Below, piece after piece: positions 12,985-26,289 of a stretch of DNA of 64,000 nt. The notes beneath the pieces are model-generated. The model saw nothing but the letters and a program-made list of their open reading frames with translations, searched no databases and was not told the DNA's origin. Positions within the stretch are counted from its first letter, which is position 1; each line of letters opens with the position of its first letter. The position numbers were made by a program, and so were the translations under genes. Source of the DNA: Eledone cirrhosa (lineage: Eukaryota); assembly GCA_964016885.1 (NCBI GenBank), contig OZ024742.1, forward strand, positions 276,892,001 through 276,956,000, read 5' to 3'.

Positions 12985-13440
12985 TCATCATCAAGTGCTC
13001 TGTCTGTTTTAGACATCAGTGATTATGGCTCTCCAGTCCTTCCTCTTGTCAGTGTTCCAGATGAGGTCACACATTCTTGTCCTATTTTCATTGGCATATT
13101 TGTTCAGGCTGTCTGTAAATGTTGTTCTTTATCTTCCTTGTCTCTTCTTTCCAGCAATCTTGCCACAAAGAATCAGCTTCTCCATATTGTCTCTTCTGTT
13201 TAAGTGGCCAAAGAATTCCAATTGCCCCTTTTTAATAGTATGCACAAGAGATCTTTCCATGTCTGTCAGTCTTAGGACTTTATTATTGGTTTTCTTTTCC
13301 ATTCAAAATATTTTGAATATTCTCTGGATGAATGATATTTCAGCAGCATTTAGTTTCATTGCCATTTTATTGCTTACCGTCCAGCATTCACAACTGTATA
13401 GAAGGACAGACCATTCATGTTTTTGCTGTCAGCTCCGATA
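12985..13440 (-). mobile_element. RTE (BovB-like) LINE 3' fragment, different family
   Basis: Minus translation AAEMSF..KIFWMEKKTNNKVL..QLEFFGHL.R...EKLILCGKIAGK..QGR. Confidence 0.65.
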
Positions 13441-14364
13441 TTGCATTTGATTACTATGGACTGTTAGTTAATTCAAAATTCCTTGGGTTTGTTGCATTCT
13501 TTCTTAATCTTTCTTAAGTGTTACCATATTTAATGCATCGTCATGATCATCATCACCGTTTTACGTCCATTTTCTACACTAGCATGGGTTAGACAAGTTG
13601 TCCTGTTGTGGGCAATGCTAGGTCAGGTGATCATGTCTTGCTCATACAGAACTGATTTTGGCTTGGATTCTATAGCTGGATACCCTTCCTAACGTATAAG
13701 GCATTTAAAAATAACAAAAAATAAATAATCAAAGAGAAAAAGACATAAGTTAACTAATAACTTCATTGTTCAAACAAAAACAGGAGACTGCTCTTGACAT
13801 GATTCAGTCATATTCTGCCTTCATTAACAAAACACAGCCTTCACAATACTTGCAGAAGTACATTTCTTGACATAGGAAAATAAAATTGTTTAGAAATTAC
13901 ATAATTCAAAAAACACTACCTGCATGAAAAACAACTGAAAAATTAGAGTTAACAAATTCTGTAAATGAGAGAGCATTAAAAGGCTAATTAATTTCTGTTG
14001 GATCATCATCTTTTAGTAAAATCTAGTAGAAATCAGTTTTACACCATTTAATTCTACAGTGAAAGATTAAACAAGAAAACAGAAAAAAAGATGGATTAGA
14101 TGCCAACTGTGATAATAGAACCAATATGATTTTATGATTATATTTAAATAATATATGGTTGAAAGAGTTATCTTTATCAAAGTCCGACACTGAATAAAAA
14201 CAAATATTATTTTTGTGTGTATGTGTGTGCGTGTTCTTAAGCATATTCTACTTCTAATGATGAAAATTTAAGGGACTTTAAATACTACCGTGATTGTACC
14301 CATCTTGTTTATATTTACAGTTAATGTGGTGTAGTAAATAAATATATATATATATATATATACA

Positions 14365-14790
14365 CACCAGGTCTGAACACAAAGGAACCAAACTTCCATT
14401 GTCACTGCCTCCGTCTCTCCCACTCTCCCCATCTCTCACTATTATGAGCAAATGGGGGCCCATGCGCTGACCGTCCCGCGGCCCCATTGGACAGAATAGA
14501 GAAGGTGTTTCCCCAGAGGTAGGAGAGGGAGACGGGTAGCCAACTCTGTACTGATGGTGGTGAGTAGGCAGGTGGTCTTAGGGCCAAGGACACCAGAAGT
14601 CTCCACTGCCACGGGCTCGACTGCTAACCTGCCAAAGAGCGCTCGATATTTGGCGAGTTTACCCTCCTCGGCCCGAAGTGCAGCAAAGCATGGGTTAGTT
14701 GCAGAGTGCACCAGGTTGTTGCTGGAGAATCTGTCGCTGCATGTGGCATCCCAGATGAAGAGTTTACCACCGCAGAACGGGAAGATGGTC
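14365..14790 (-). mobile_element. CRE-like non-LTR retrotransposon 3' fragment (restriction-like endonuclease region)
   Basis: FPFCGGKLFIWDATCSD..AALRAEEGKLAKY..PVAVETSGVLG, then WGNTFSIL; ends in (TA)n. Confidence 0.75.
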
Positions 14791-15444
14791 ATCCTAAGAA
14801 ATGATTTAAGGGGAATTAAAGATATCACCAGGAATGAGGCACGAACAATTTCAAAGATCCAGTCTTTCATGATGTAACAGTTTATTTGATACAAAACATT
14901 GTAATCAAAAATATATAAAAGGTTATTTCAATCCTCAACCTTTTCATTACTATATTTCTAATGAAGTACACCAGTTATGTGTTTTAGTCCAGAATTTGAA
15001 AGAATTCAGAAAAATAAATAATTTTTATATTATTAAGACGGTACATGGATCATTACTTAATAAAATGTCCTTAGTTAAAATTGTGATGAACGGTTTTAAT
15101 ACAAGTATAAACAAGCAATTTTTATTTTTATCATAGAACTAGGACCGGTTTTAAGTGATATCAACAGGGTTAATATTGAAGAACTATGTAAATAATCACA
15201 CAATCACAACTAGAACAATGTTAAAACAAATAACCAGATTAGATAAGATATGCAGAGGGAAACTACTTTATTTCGAAAACAAAAGTAACATAAAATCATC
15301 TCAGAATGATATTGTTAAATTGGTGACACTGAAACATTTAGTGTCTTTTACACTGGGTTAGTTACATTGTTAATAAAGAAATAGATGATATTTATACAGT
15401 TGAGTCATGGCAGGAGAATCATCATTATTATCATTTTAGGACCA

Positions 15445-15637
15445 GTGGATTGGTAGTATCGGTAGAGGGTCAGACGCCATGCTTTGCAGCATAGAGTTAT
15501 GGCCTTTTTACAATCTGAGTTCAAATCCCGTTGAGGTTAACTTCGCCTTTCATAATTATGGGGTCGATAAAATAAAGCACCAGTAATGTACTGGGATAAT
15601 TGTTGGCCTTGTGCCAAAAGTAGAAACAATTATTATC
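15445..15637 (+). mobile_element. tRNA-derived Deu/Nin-like SINE; further copies at 21493-21668(-), 26985-27170(+), 28428-28560(+), 34060-34230(+), 36300-36560(+), 48780-48895(-), 51272-51380(-), 61415-61600(-) and 61622-61840(-)
   Basis: B-box gagttcaaatccc followed by gaggttaactt(c/t)gcctttcat..ggggtcgataaaataaag and the tail ggccttgtgcc..agtagaaacaattattat. Confidence 0.75.
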
Positions 15638-16073
15638 ATTTTACACCTGCTTTTCATACTAACATAGGGTGAATGGGTTATTATGATCCAAGGTTTATTA
15701 GAAGTTAATATCTTTCTAGATGGATGGGAGGACCACATCTTACTTGTACATTCTGTTTTTTTAACATTGTTTCTATTGCTGGATGCCCTTTGTAACACCA
15801 ACAACTTAACAGAGTGTACTGGCTCCATTTAATCATAGCACCAACATTAGAGGGGTAATCTTGTCATCTGCTAGGCTAAAGAGATCTCTCCACTCTATGT
15901 CGTTCTCATTCTTTCAAGGGAATTCTGCTTAAGTATGTGATTAGAAAGGTGGAGAGGGAAAGGATAATAGAGGAGCGAGAAAGATAGAGGTATGTGTTGA
16001 CTGTTGATAGTTGGCAGGAGATTGAGCAGGAAACATCATGATCAATGTGATGGGTATAGCAAAAAAGATGTCT

Positions 16074-16077
<4 letters not shown>

Positions 16078-16139
<62 letters not shown>
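16078..16139. repeat. (GA)n microsatellite
   Basis: Perfect GA run. Confidence 0.98.
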
Positions 16140-16142
<3 letters not shown>

Positions 16143-16319
16143 TTAGCAGTCAGTAATGAAATTTAACTTTTTATAGACATTTCCCCTGTATAATTTACTG
16201 GACATTCCTCACTGAAGATCCATATGCAAATTCCAGATTGTTTTATGACTGTTATCCAACTGACTGTTGGAATATGCACTTATTTACATAACTGATACTA
16301 ACAGTTTGACATTGGTGAA

Positions 16320-17047
16320 ACCATTGCTGCTCTGGGTATAGTGTTGAAATGAGGTAGCTCTGGTGCCATGATAAAATGCACTCAGCTCTCTCTGTAAAGT
16401 GGTAGTGCTGGTGCCATGACAAAAAGCACCCAGCCTACCCTGTAAGGTGCTGGTGCCGTAACAAAAAGGACCCAGCCAGTGCCACAATAAAAGGCATCTA
16501 GTCCACTCTGTAAGGTTGTCGTGCCAGAATCATGATAGAATGCTCTCAGTAAATGTTGTAAAGTGGTTGATGTTAGGAAGGGCATCTAGCCATCGAAACC
16601 AAGCCCAAAAACGTAATGTACAAACAAGACATAGTCATCTGACCTGTTTAGCATAATACATGACAACCTGTCTATCCTATTATATATGAAAAATAGATGT
16701 TAGACAGTGATGATGATAATGATAATATATATATATATTTTCTAACAAAGCAATCCTATTTTTTAACTGTACAGCAACCAAAAAGCATTTTCCTTTACAG
16801 AGCAATGTATATTTCTGATGAAAAGCACCCAGTGCACCCTGTAAAGTGATAGTGCCAGAATCATGACAATGTTCTCAGGATATACAGTAAAGTGGTTAGT
16901 GTTAGGAAAGACATCCAGCTGTAGAAACCATGCAAAAAACAGAATATACGAGCAAGATGTAGTCATCTGATCAGTTTGGCCTCAATATGTGATAGCTTGT
17001 CTAAACTATGCAAGCATAGAAAATAGACGTTAAACAGTGATGATGAT
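16320..17047 (+). mobile_element. Two RTE 3'UTR-derived short repeats in tandem; similar pieces at 13540-13695(-), 18890-19070(+), 19113-19290(-), 34459-34750(-), 36950-37250(+) and 58570-58960(+)
   Basis: Shared core ggttg(g/a)tgttaggaagggcatccagc, ~47-bp aaaagcacccag..ctgtaaagtg modules, and a gacgttaaac(TGA)n tail identical in type to the RTE 3'UTRs. Confidence 0.75.
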
Positions 17048-17699
17048 TTGGATGTGTGTGTGTATATATATATATATATTCCAACAAAGCAATGTCCTTT
17101 TCTGAAAGAGATGTTATGGATGGGAGAGAGAGAAAGAAATAGGATTGTTATTAATTATTTATGTCATGATTGATGCATAAATGACAACAAAGTCCACAAT
17201 ATACAAGTGATGCAATTTCTATTAAAAACTGTGTGTGTGTGTTTATTGATTTCAGTCAACTGACTCTGATCATGTTGGAGCACCATATGTGTGTGTGTGA
17301 GCATGTGCATAGGGATCATTGACTTAGGGTTATGAACTGTGAGAGAGAGAGAGAGAGCATTCATATGATCAGTGTGTTTGCACAATAGAGATGCAGAATA
17401 GAGATAGCAAATACAGAATATCTAATAGCTAACGGAGATCCCTAGTTTTAATAAAAGTAATAGAAATAATAACTATGGACACACACAAAGTTATGTATCA
17501 AAATCAGGGGTGAGTAGATACTTTTCAGATGTATTTTAACAAGGATACAGGAAAATACTGACTTATTAAATATTAAATAACACATAATGTGAATATATTG
17601 TCCAGAGTAAATATGTTGTCATGTGTCATATTTTCACACATTTGAATATGTATTGTTTCCTTTATATATGTATGGAAGTATATAGAGGTCATTTACCTA

Positions 17700-18565
17700 A
17701 AGATAAGAGCTAAATGAACTTAGAGAGAGACAAGACAATTAGAGAAGGAAGGTGAGGTAGCTGAAAGGAGGTCACTAGACTAAATGTTGGTTTAAGAAGT
17801 GCTGGGTGACATGAATAAGAATGAGGACAATGAAGGCTTATTACATAGAGATAACTTGCTGCAAGAGACAAATCAGATGGTAAATGGAGCAAGATTCCAA
17901 CCGGACAAAAGGTGACATAGAGACAGCTCTAGAAAGATTTGAATAAATGGGAGAGGAAGAAATATTATCAGATAGCTAAGAGAAAAACAAAATATCAAGT
18001 ATACTTAGTAAAGAGAAAAGCTGAAATGAGAGGATTAGAGACCGGGTATATTCCAGCTAGCAAATAGGGTAAAGTATGTATGGAATGATAGTGGTATACT
18101 TGCCTTTACTGATGCTAAAAAAAAAAGACATGGAAATGCTAAAAGAGGTTGGTGAATAAAGAGAATATGTGGGAGAGAGAGAAACTACATTAGATAGACT
18201 CAACAGAAGAGCCAGCCATAGAAGTTGACAATTATATGGTTGAAAGGGCAATTAAGAATATAAAGCCAAGAAAAACAGCTGGACCATCAGGCAGTCACCA
18301 AAATGCTGAAAATATCCAGTGAAATAAGACGAGTGTTAGTTACTTGTATTTTTAATCAGGTAGTAGAGAGAGGTTTCATACCCAATAACTTGTGGAGCAG
18401 TAGTGTCATTAAATGTTAATAGGACAAAGAGGATGCACGCAAAAGAAGCAACTACAAAGACATCGAATTGGCGGACCAAGAACGCCAAAGATCTGACTCG
18501 AACTGTGATGACCAATCCAACATATCCAAACATAGAAAGCAGATGTAAAATGATGACGATGATAT
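17700..18565 (+). mobile_element. Highly degenerate RTE LINE fragment
   Basis: Residual similarity to the pre-RT region (gctggaccatcagg, aaatgctgaaa) and to the 3' tail. Confidence 0.5.
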
Positions 18566-18660
18566 ATACATGCGTGTGTATGAGTGTGAGTATTTATACA
18601 TACATAGCGATATATATGTGTATGTATGTATATACACATGTAGATATATGTGTGTGTGTA

Positions 18661-18733
<73 letters not shown>

Positions 18734-18735
18734 TA
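18560..18735. repeat. (TA)n/(TG)n compound microsatellite
   Basis: Direct observation. Confidence 0.95.
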
Positions 18736-19475
18736 TGAAGTAAACCATAATAAAACTTTATGGCTAATACAAGAGCATGTTTGAAACCTAAGGTAGTGAT
18801 CAACTGTGTCAAGTAGACATTAATAATATATATATATATATGGTAGGCAAAAACCACTCAATCCACACTGTTAGTTGGTCATTTCGGGGCCACAATAAAA
18901 AGCAACCAGTCTACACTGTAACGTGGTTGGTATCAGGAAGCGCATTCAGCAGTTGAAACCAAGCCAAAATACAGATTCGTAAGAGCATCACATGGTCTCC
19001 GGACCTGACTTGTCTCAAAATGTAACAACCCATCTAACTCATGTAAGAGTGAAAAAATATATGTTAAATGATTATATATGTGTATGTGTGTGTGTATATA
19101 TATATATATAATCATCATCATCACCATTTTACGTCCATTCTTCCACACTAGCATGGGTTAGATGAGTTGTCCTGTTGTTGGCAATGCTAGGTCAGGTGCC
19201 CATACCTTGCTTATACAGAACTGATTTTGGCTTGGTTTCTGCAGCTAACACCAACCTCATTTACAGTGTGGACTGGGTCCTTTTTGTCATGTAATATATA
19301 TATATATTAAAGACTAGTCAAAAGAGGAAGGGCAAGGGCCATTTTCAAAGCTTCTATAACTGGTGAGAGGAAGTTATCCATAGACTGAAAACCTGGCCTG
19401 ATGCTTGCAACAAAGTGGACTCTGCTAAATGCATCAATGGTCCAGTTGATGGTGTTAAGATAAATGACAACTTAC

Positions 19476-19558
19476 CATGCTCATAGATTTGATCCAAGCG
19501 GTCAATCTGGGCTAATGAGAAAAGTCTGTATCCTGTCTTTGTACCAATAGCCAGTGAC
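19476..19558 (-). CDS. WIPI2: WIPI2/Atg18-family gene, coding exon 2 (S-SLAIGTKTGYRLFSLAQIDRLDQIYEH, phase 2 to phase 1)
   Basis: 83-nt exon with a tttatatttcAG acceptor and a GTAAGT donor. The peptide matches WIPI SLAVGxKxGYxxFSLxxxDxLxQIYE and joins exon 1 in frame (TC|G = Ser). Confidence 0.9.
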
Positions 19559-19973
19559 CTGAAATATAAAGGTATGCATTTAGATAAAGTCATTGATTTT
19601 CAGAAATATTTTACACTAGGAATTTTTTCAACACGCTGACATGCATGTGTGTGTATGTGCATATACATACATTTATATGTATGTGTATATAAATATAAAC
19701 GTGCAAACACAGACACACTCAGACATACATTCACACAAACACATACACAGCATAACAAATGGAATGCCAGCTGCTATTTTGCTATAGTTTTTTCACCACC
19801 CCCTGCCTTCCTTTTACACACAAACATACATTCACGCAGGCAGTAGATATAAAGAGAGAGGAGTAGTATGAGGTAGTCAAATTACTCCTCTTTCTTTACA
19901 TGTGATAAAATCGCAGAAATTTATGTATAGATTGTATTTAATGTTAGAAACATTTATAAGGTATTAATTAACA

Positions 19974-20389
19974 CTAGCTGGACCCGTGAAAAAATTCACA
20001 GATAATCCCCTTTCTCTAAATATATTAAAACGCACCTCTCTCTATTAAAACCACCCTCTCTCTCTATATATATTTAACCCTCATCTCTCTATATTATAAC
20101 CCCCTTCTCTCTATATATTATAACCCATCCCTTTTTCTATATTATTAACCCCTCTCTTTAAATATAGTATAACACCCTCTCTCTCTCTATATATATATAA
20201 TAACCCATCCCTTTCTCTATATTATAACCCCCTCTCTCTCTCTCCTTTCCAAACGTTGCAACGCTCTTTGATTTTCTTTGGCCGTAGATTGTCGTAGATT
20301 GTTACCACCCGACTTCCATTGTTTTACTGAAAGCGTGACACACACGGTCAGACGTACGGTACGTAGGTATTAGCGTATTAATATACAGA
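19974..20389 (-). mobile_element. Non-autonomous Helitron with internal ~30-bp tandem repeats
   Basis: Minus strand starts TC and ends CTAG, inserted between A and T with no TSD. The hairpin ctgtgaa-tttt-ttcacgg lies just upstream of the CTAG. Internal (ccctctctctatatattataac)-like repeats at 20008-20245. Confidence 0.75.
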
Positions 20390-20536
20390 TGTTAGAGATG
20401 TAAGACAGGGGTGTGTACAGTGATGGTGAGAGTAGTTACTAAATGTTGAACCCATGCAAGTGTGGAATAGTGTAGAATGATGATGATAACAAGCTTCAAA
20501 TAATTCTTCATAAAATTATTGTCTTATAAGCATTTA

Positions 20537-21190
20537 ATCATCATCATCATCATTTTACGTCCGCTTTTCCCTGCTTGCAAGGGTGGGACAGATCTTATTC
20601 AGCACAGCATCTCTCCACTTGTCACGGTCCTTCGTCATCTCCACCGTGAGCTTCAATGATCTGAGGTCTGTTCTCACCACCTCCGCCCATGTTTTTCGTG
20701 GTCTACCTCTACCATGTCTTCCTTCAACTGGCATTTCCTGGCACTTCTTCACCCATCGGTCATCCTCCATGCGCATCACATGTCCATACCACCTCAGTCT
20801 CCTCTCCCGTACACTACATTCTATCCCTCTCAGACACAGTTTCTCTCTCAACACATCCATGCTGGGTCGTTCACGCACATTGACATTGAACATCCAACGG
20901 AGCATGCTTGCCTCATTTCTCTCCAGCCGTCACATAACCTCTGCAGTTGCTGCCCATGTCTCACTACCATGCAGCATCGCGCTCCTCACACAGGCATCAT
21001 ATAACCGGCCTTTCGTACGCAGGGAGAAACCCTTTTTCATCAGCAGAGGAAGCAGCTCCCTAAACTTCTTCCAACCCATCCTTATTCTAGATACTATGGC
21101 CTTGGAACACCCCCCTCCCATGCTAATCTAATCTCCTAGGTACCGGAAGCTATCCACTACTTCTATAGCATCCGCCTGCATTTGAAAAAT
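20537..21190 (-). mobile_element. RTE LINE 3' fragment (subfamily with short 3'UTR)
   Basis: ORFs 20930-21121 and 20555-20905 (HGSETW, RLRWYGHV, GRPRKTW); (TGA)n tail. Confidence 0.9.
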
Positions 21191-21668
21191 GTGTCTATCA
21201 ATGTGTTAATCATCTTTAGTTAATCTGTTTGATACTAACTCACCCAAAACTGGGTTCTATGAAACAAAACCACCCATTTTATAGGGTTTGAATTCTTTCC
21301 AATCAAAATCTTAGTAGATGCATGTTACTAATAATCGATAATTGTTCTCTAAGTTTTTTTTGTTTTAACTGTCTTTTTACTCATCTTAATAGCAAAGAGA
21401 CATCTGTAGAAGGCTTTTTTAGTGAAGATTTGGCTTCCAACATATTTGATATAAAACTTTTTGTTAAGTTATGTTACACATGTCATCTCCATAATTGTTT
21501 CTACTTTTAGCACAAGGGAAGGAGAAAGTCAATGAAATCAACCCCAGTGTGTTACTGGTGCTTTATTTTATTGAGCCTGTAAGAATAAAAGGTAAAGCTA
21601 ACCTCAGTGAGATTTGAACTCAGAATTTAAAAGCATGTTGTCTGACACTCTACCGATACCACCAATCT

Positions 21669-21886
21669 TTAACCCTTTAGTATTTACATCACTCTATATT
21701 TACTATTGTATTTTCATGGTAAAGGCTTTATCTTACATAATATTGAATCTACGAGATTTTGATTTTATTTATTTTGAGAATAATACCTTGTAGATTCAAT
21801 ATTATGTGAGATAATTATGTGAAATAAAGTATTTACCATGGAAATACAATAGTAAATATAGAGTAATATAAATGCTAAAGGGTTAA
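21669..21886. mobile_element. MITE family A, fold-back variant (two left ends)
   Basis: The left half of the family A sequence is followed by its own reverse complement; TTAA at both ends. Confidence 0.8.
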
Positions 21887-21924
21887 AGTCTAATTCATTG
21901 AGAAGTATTTAAAATTCAAAGCAA

Positions 21925-22085
21925 AGGCGCTGAGCTGTCCAGCCGCAGGTGTGAGCCCCACGAGTTGGAGTGGCTTTTCCAACGCATCTCCCTTGCCGTC
22001 CATCCGGGGAAACGCCTTCTCCATTCTGTCCGCCGGGGCTGTGGGTGGGCCCCATCACGTACCATTGTAGTTGTTGTATACAGAT
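21925..22085 (+). mobile_element. CRE-like retrotransposon extreme 3' fragment
   Basis: ELSSRRCEPHELEWLFQRISLAV..GNAFSILSAG; similar to the end of the 14365-14790 copy. Confidence 0.65.
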
Positions 22086-22142
22086 ATTAATTCATCAATC
22101 CCATTGTCCTAATCCGTAATTATTAAGTATATATATATATTA

Positions 22143-22900
22143 TACGCAGACTAGAGAGGAACGAAGCTTGCATGCTCCGCTGGATGTGTAACAGTAATAT
22201 ACGTGAACGGCAAAGCATAAACGAACTAAGGAAAAAATTAGAGATAAGAGGGATCAGATGTTGTTTACTCGAGAGAAGGCTACGTTGGTATGGACACGTG
22301 ATGCGCATGTAAGTCGATAGCTGTATAACAAAGTGCAGGGCAATAAAGATAGACGGTAGTCACGGAATAGGCAGACCCAGAAAAACCTGGGACGAGCTGA
22401 TAAACTCCGACATCACACACTTACACCTCTCCAAGACAATGTCACTGGACCGAGACCTTTGGCGGTACTCAGTAACAGAGAAGACCCGCCTTACCTAAAT
22501 ATATAGTAAAACCTACTCCAGCCAGTAGGCATCGCTAACAAAATACACCCCGTCCCACAACCACCACCACCACCCCATCCACACCACCCCGTTCTATGTA
22601 AAGTTATGTTGGTGCCGCGCCATCCAGGCCGAAACAAATGAGATCGTGTAGGTGTCACGACAAAAAAAACACAGTCCACGCTGTAATGTGGCCGTGTAGG
22701 CAACACGGTAAAAACCTCCTAGACCCACACTGTAAATGTGGTTGGTGTTAGGAAGGGCATCCAACTGTAGAAAACCTGCCAGACAGTCCTATGCGAGCAA
22801 GACAATCACTCTTGCCTCAAGTGGGACTACCCCCGTCCAAACCCATGCAAGCGTGGAACACGGACGTTAAACGTTGATGATGATGATGATGATGATGATA
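22143..22900 (+). mobile_element. RTE LINE 3' end with full 3'UTR and (TGA)n tail
   Basis: Highly similar to 57680-58437; the 5' end abuts (TA)n. Confidence 0.9.
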
Positions 22901-23931
22901 TATTATATCCAATGTTCCGCTAACATTCACTCACTTACACCTAGATTTCTAGTAAGTTCTTCAACCGTCTGACAGATACAACAACAACAGCAACACTAAC
23001 AAAAAAGAGCAGCCATTTTTATTATATGTTTTCTAACAGAAAAAAAAAAAAATAGAAAGACCGTTACAAGTGAAGATGATGCTTTTATTGGTGGATATAA
23101 ACCATGTTGAATGTGATGTTTTGGCATGGCTACAGCCATGACAGCTAAAGCAAAACAAAAAGATAAGTGATACAACCATAGTGGATTGAGAGAAGGATTG
23201 GGTTAAATACCTGTTATTGATCTTGAATCTACTAAGCCAAACTATCAAAGGAAAATATTACAATTATATTCCTAATAATGTATCTCATATTAACAGTCCA
23301 GTCATTTAGTCAAGAACCTATATTGATTCTAAATATTATTAGATTAATATATAAAGATATTAACTTGGCTACATCCCAGTGGACAATATTCTCAAGAGGA
23401 ACGCCATAACAACCACACTAAAGACATAAAATGTTAAGTTACTCAAGATAATCAAGAAATAAAATATTTTAACACTTTTGATACCAAACTGTCTGAAACT
23501 GCTCTGGTTTTATGATACACAACTGCTCATTTAAAAATACTAATAGTTATATTAAAACCATCCATCATAATTTTATTTAAGAAATTCTTGTTAAGTAATG
23601 TTTCAAACATCAGCTTACTAATGAAAAGGTTAACTGTTCTTCATATTTTCCAAATAAATTGATACACATAGAAATATAGTATCAAATGGATTAGTAGTTG
23701 TTTTCTAAAGGACCAGAATTACTGTGTCACAAATTCTCACTAGAGATTGCTCATCTCAATGAAAATATGAATACTTTCATTACCTTATTTCTGAGAGAAT
23801 ACAATGTATTCAAATAAATCAATCAAGAATTTTGAAGGATTTACTAAAATAAAATTATTTCAATTATTAAAATGATATTTGTAACATAACAAGGTTTTTT
23901 ATATAAAAAAATTATGTTGGAAGATTTTAAT

Positions 23932-24156
23932 TTAACCCTTTAGCATTTACATTACTCTATATTTACTATTATATTTTCATGGTAAAGGCTTTATTCCAGA
24001 TAAGTAGCTAACATAATATCGAATCTATGAGATTTTGATGTTATTTTGAGAACAATACCTTAACATCAATATGAGTGGCCAGTTACAACCAGTTTGAACA
24101 GAAAGAGGTGGAGGAATTCTGGCCGGATATGGCGGGTTTAAATGCTAAAGGGTTAA
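23932..24156. mobile_element. MITE family A, nested in a family B MITE
   Basis: ttaaccctttagcatttac ... taaatgctaaagggttaa. Confidence 0.85.
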
Positions 24157-25049
24157 ATAGGAACTTTCTAAATGGATGGTTTTGTTCCATATAACCAGAG
24201 GCAGTTGTGGATGGGTTTGTATCGAAATGTCTAACCTATTGAAATTGGGACACATCATGAGTTTAATGTACTGGTTTGTATTACAAGTCTCTTCTCTAAA
24301 GTTGTTGATAACTATGTAGTTTTGATTTCAAGTTGTAACCTTCCACTTCATTTACCTCACTAATATATTTAAGAGTGGCATCACAGTCACACATTCTCAA
24401 CCTGAATGGATTGCATTTTACACCCTCTATAAATCCAGAGCTTTATGCTTCATGTAAGTAGTTAATATTTTAACATCCAATTAATCTCTTTGCAGGCTGA
24501 AGCAATATCAACACTATGTAATATAATGCTATTACTGAGATGACTTAAAAGTCACTAATGTGCAATAGAAACAGAAAATATATTACTGTTGTGTGAACTA
24601 CTAGATGAGAAATCGTGAAAGCTAAGTTATTTCCTGACAGCTTTCTCTGAGAGAGAGAAAGGGTAGAGATAGATAGAGAGAAAGGGTGGAGATATATATA
24701 TATAGAGAGAAAGGGTGGAGATATATATATATAGAGAGAGAGCATTAAAACATCTTAAGTGGTTTACAATAACAGACCATTTCTCAGGAGAATAATCCTT
24801 TAACTGAAAACCAGTTAGAATCACAAAGGAAATTAATAGAGAACCAGTGATAATTCTTGCCCATGGCTTTAATGCTAATGTCATTAGCAGATTGTTACAG
24901 AAAAGGTTGTCATAAACCAGGCATTGCATGTCTTCCTTTAACACTAATACCTATCTACAGGTAGTCATAAAGTATTGGCAAGATTCTGGGTTACACTGAT
25001 CAGCAGATCAAGCACACAAAAGAAGAGTGAAAGGAGAACAAAGCAGCAG

Positions 25050-25790
25050 CAGCATCTTTTTTTCTTCTTCCTTCTCTACCCACTTATTCCTAGGAGGGTC
25101 ATGGGGGCAGGTCCTCAAGCACACCTTCCAGCAAGTCCTGTAAGAAGCAGCCATCTCCAATTGATCCGGTTGGATCCCCAAGCAAAACCAGCTGGGATCA
25201 TGGATGTTAACCAACCAACTTGTTCAGGGTCTCCCACTGGGTCTCCTGTTGGTTGGTTTTGCCTGTAAAATCTGTCCAGTGATTATTTCCTGAAACATTC
25301 TAACCATGTGCGTAGTTTCGGAGCTGTGATCTCTCAATTTGGAGAAGTAGTAGCTCTACCGGGAGTGACTCCCTGTTCTCTGAACTATGCACTCTCTATA
25401 GAGTAACATTACTCCAAAGACCCTTTGGAAGAACCCCATTTTGGCTGCTTATATTCATGATCGTATTCTTTCAGTCATTACTCAAGACTGATGGCCATAG
25501 GTAAGGGTTGGCACAAATACCGAATTGAAGATAATGAGATTGGCTTTTACACCTACCTCTCTTCTTCTGATGACTGAATGCTGAAGTTGGCACATTATTG
25601 CACCAGCTAAGGCAATTCTTACACTTAATTCAACCTCCTGACTTCCATCACTTCTGAACATGACTGAGATACTTGAACTTTTCCACCTGCTTCAGCAGAA
25701 CTCCAGTCACATGTAGAGTGCACTGTGCAGACTTTCTTGGGAGGATGAGTGTCTCAGTCTTCACAGCAGATAGATTACAGTATATACTTG
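25050..25790 (-). mobile_element. RTE (Rex3/Expander-like) LINE 3' fragment; a shorter copy lies at 62012-62317 with a (TTC)n tail
   Basis: Minus translation PTLTYGHQS.VMTERIRS..AAKMGF and GRPRTRW-like; the two copies share their 3' sequence. Confidence 0.7.
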
Positions 25791-26289
25791 TGTATAAGCT
25801 GATAGATATGTGACAAAAAAAAAGAAATCAATGGTAAAATGGGGGGGTTGAGTTAGGGTTGGCTTATATTCGAGGTCAACATTTTGTCAATTTTCTCCAA
25901 CTTCAGAATTCTACATAAATGAGGTGCTAAAATATTTTTGCTTTGCAGGTGAATATTACACCGGTTTCACTTTCAACAAGAAATTCATATTTCTTATTGT
26001 TTTGATATGTTTTGAATGAATATGGCCTTCAAAACAGTCAGAAATAGGTAAAAAAATCATTACATAGTAGAGTTGTGAAAAAAACTATACTCTAACTGAC
26101 ACTTAGAACATTTTTTTATATCAAAATATTAAAACTTCATAAATATATTCTCCATTCATGAAAATTTCAAAACCACACCATCTAAACATAATGTGTTGAT
26201 TACCTGGTTCAACTTATAAACAGGGTTTGGATTTTTGCCTATTTCTCAAACATAAAATGTGGGGTTGGCTTATATTCGAATATATACGG

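Noticed and set aside
15515-15535. tRNA genes at GTTCAAATCC/GTTCGATTCC motifs
   Set aside because: No cloverleaf; these are SINE heads.
1-19475. WIPI2 exon 3 (expected ..IVERLFSSSL..)
   Set aside because: Not found by eye on the minus strand; probably lies beyond the window start.
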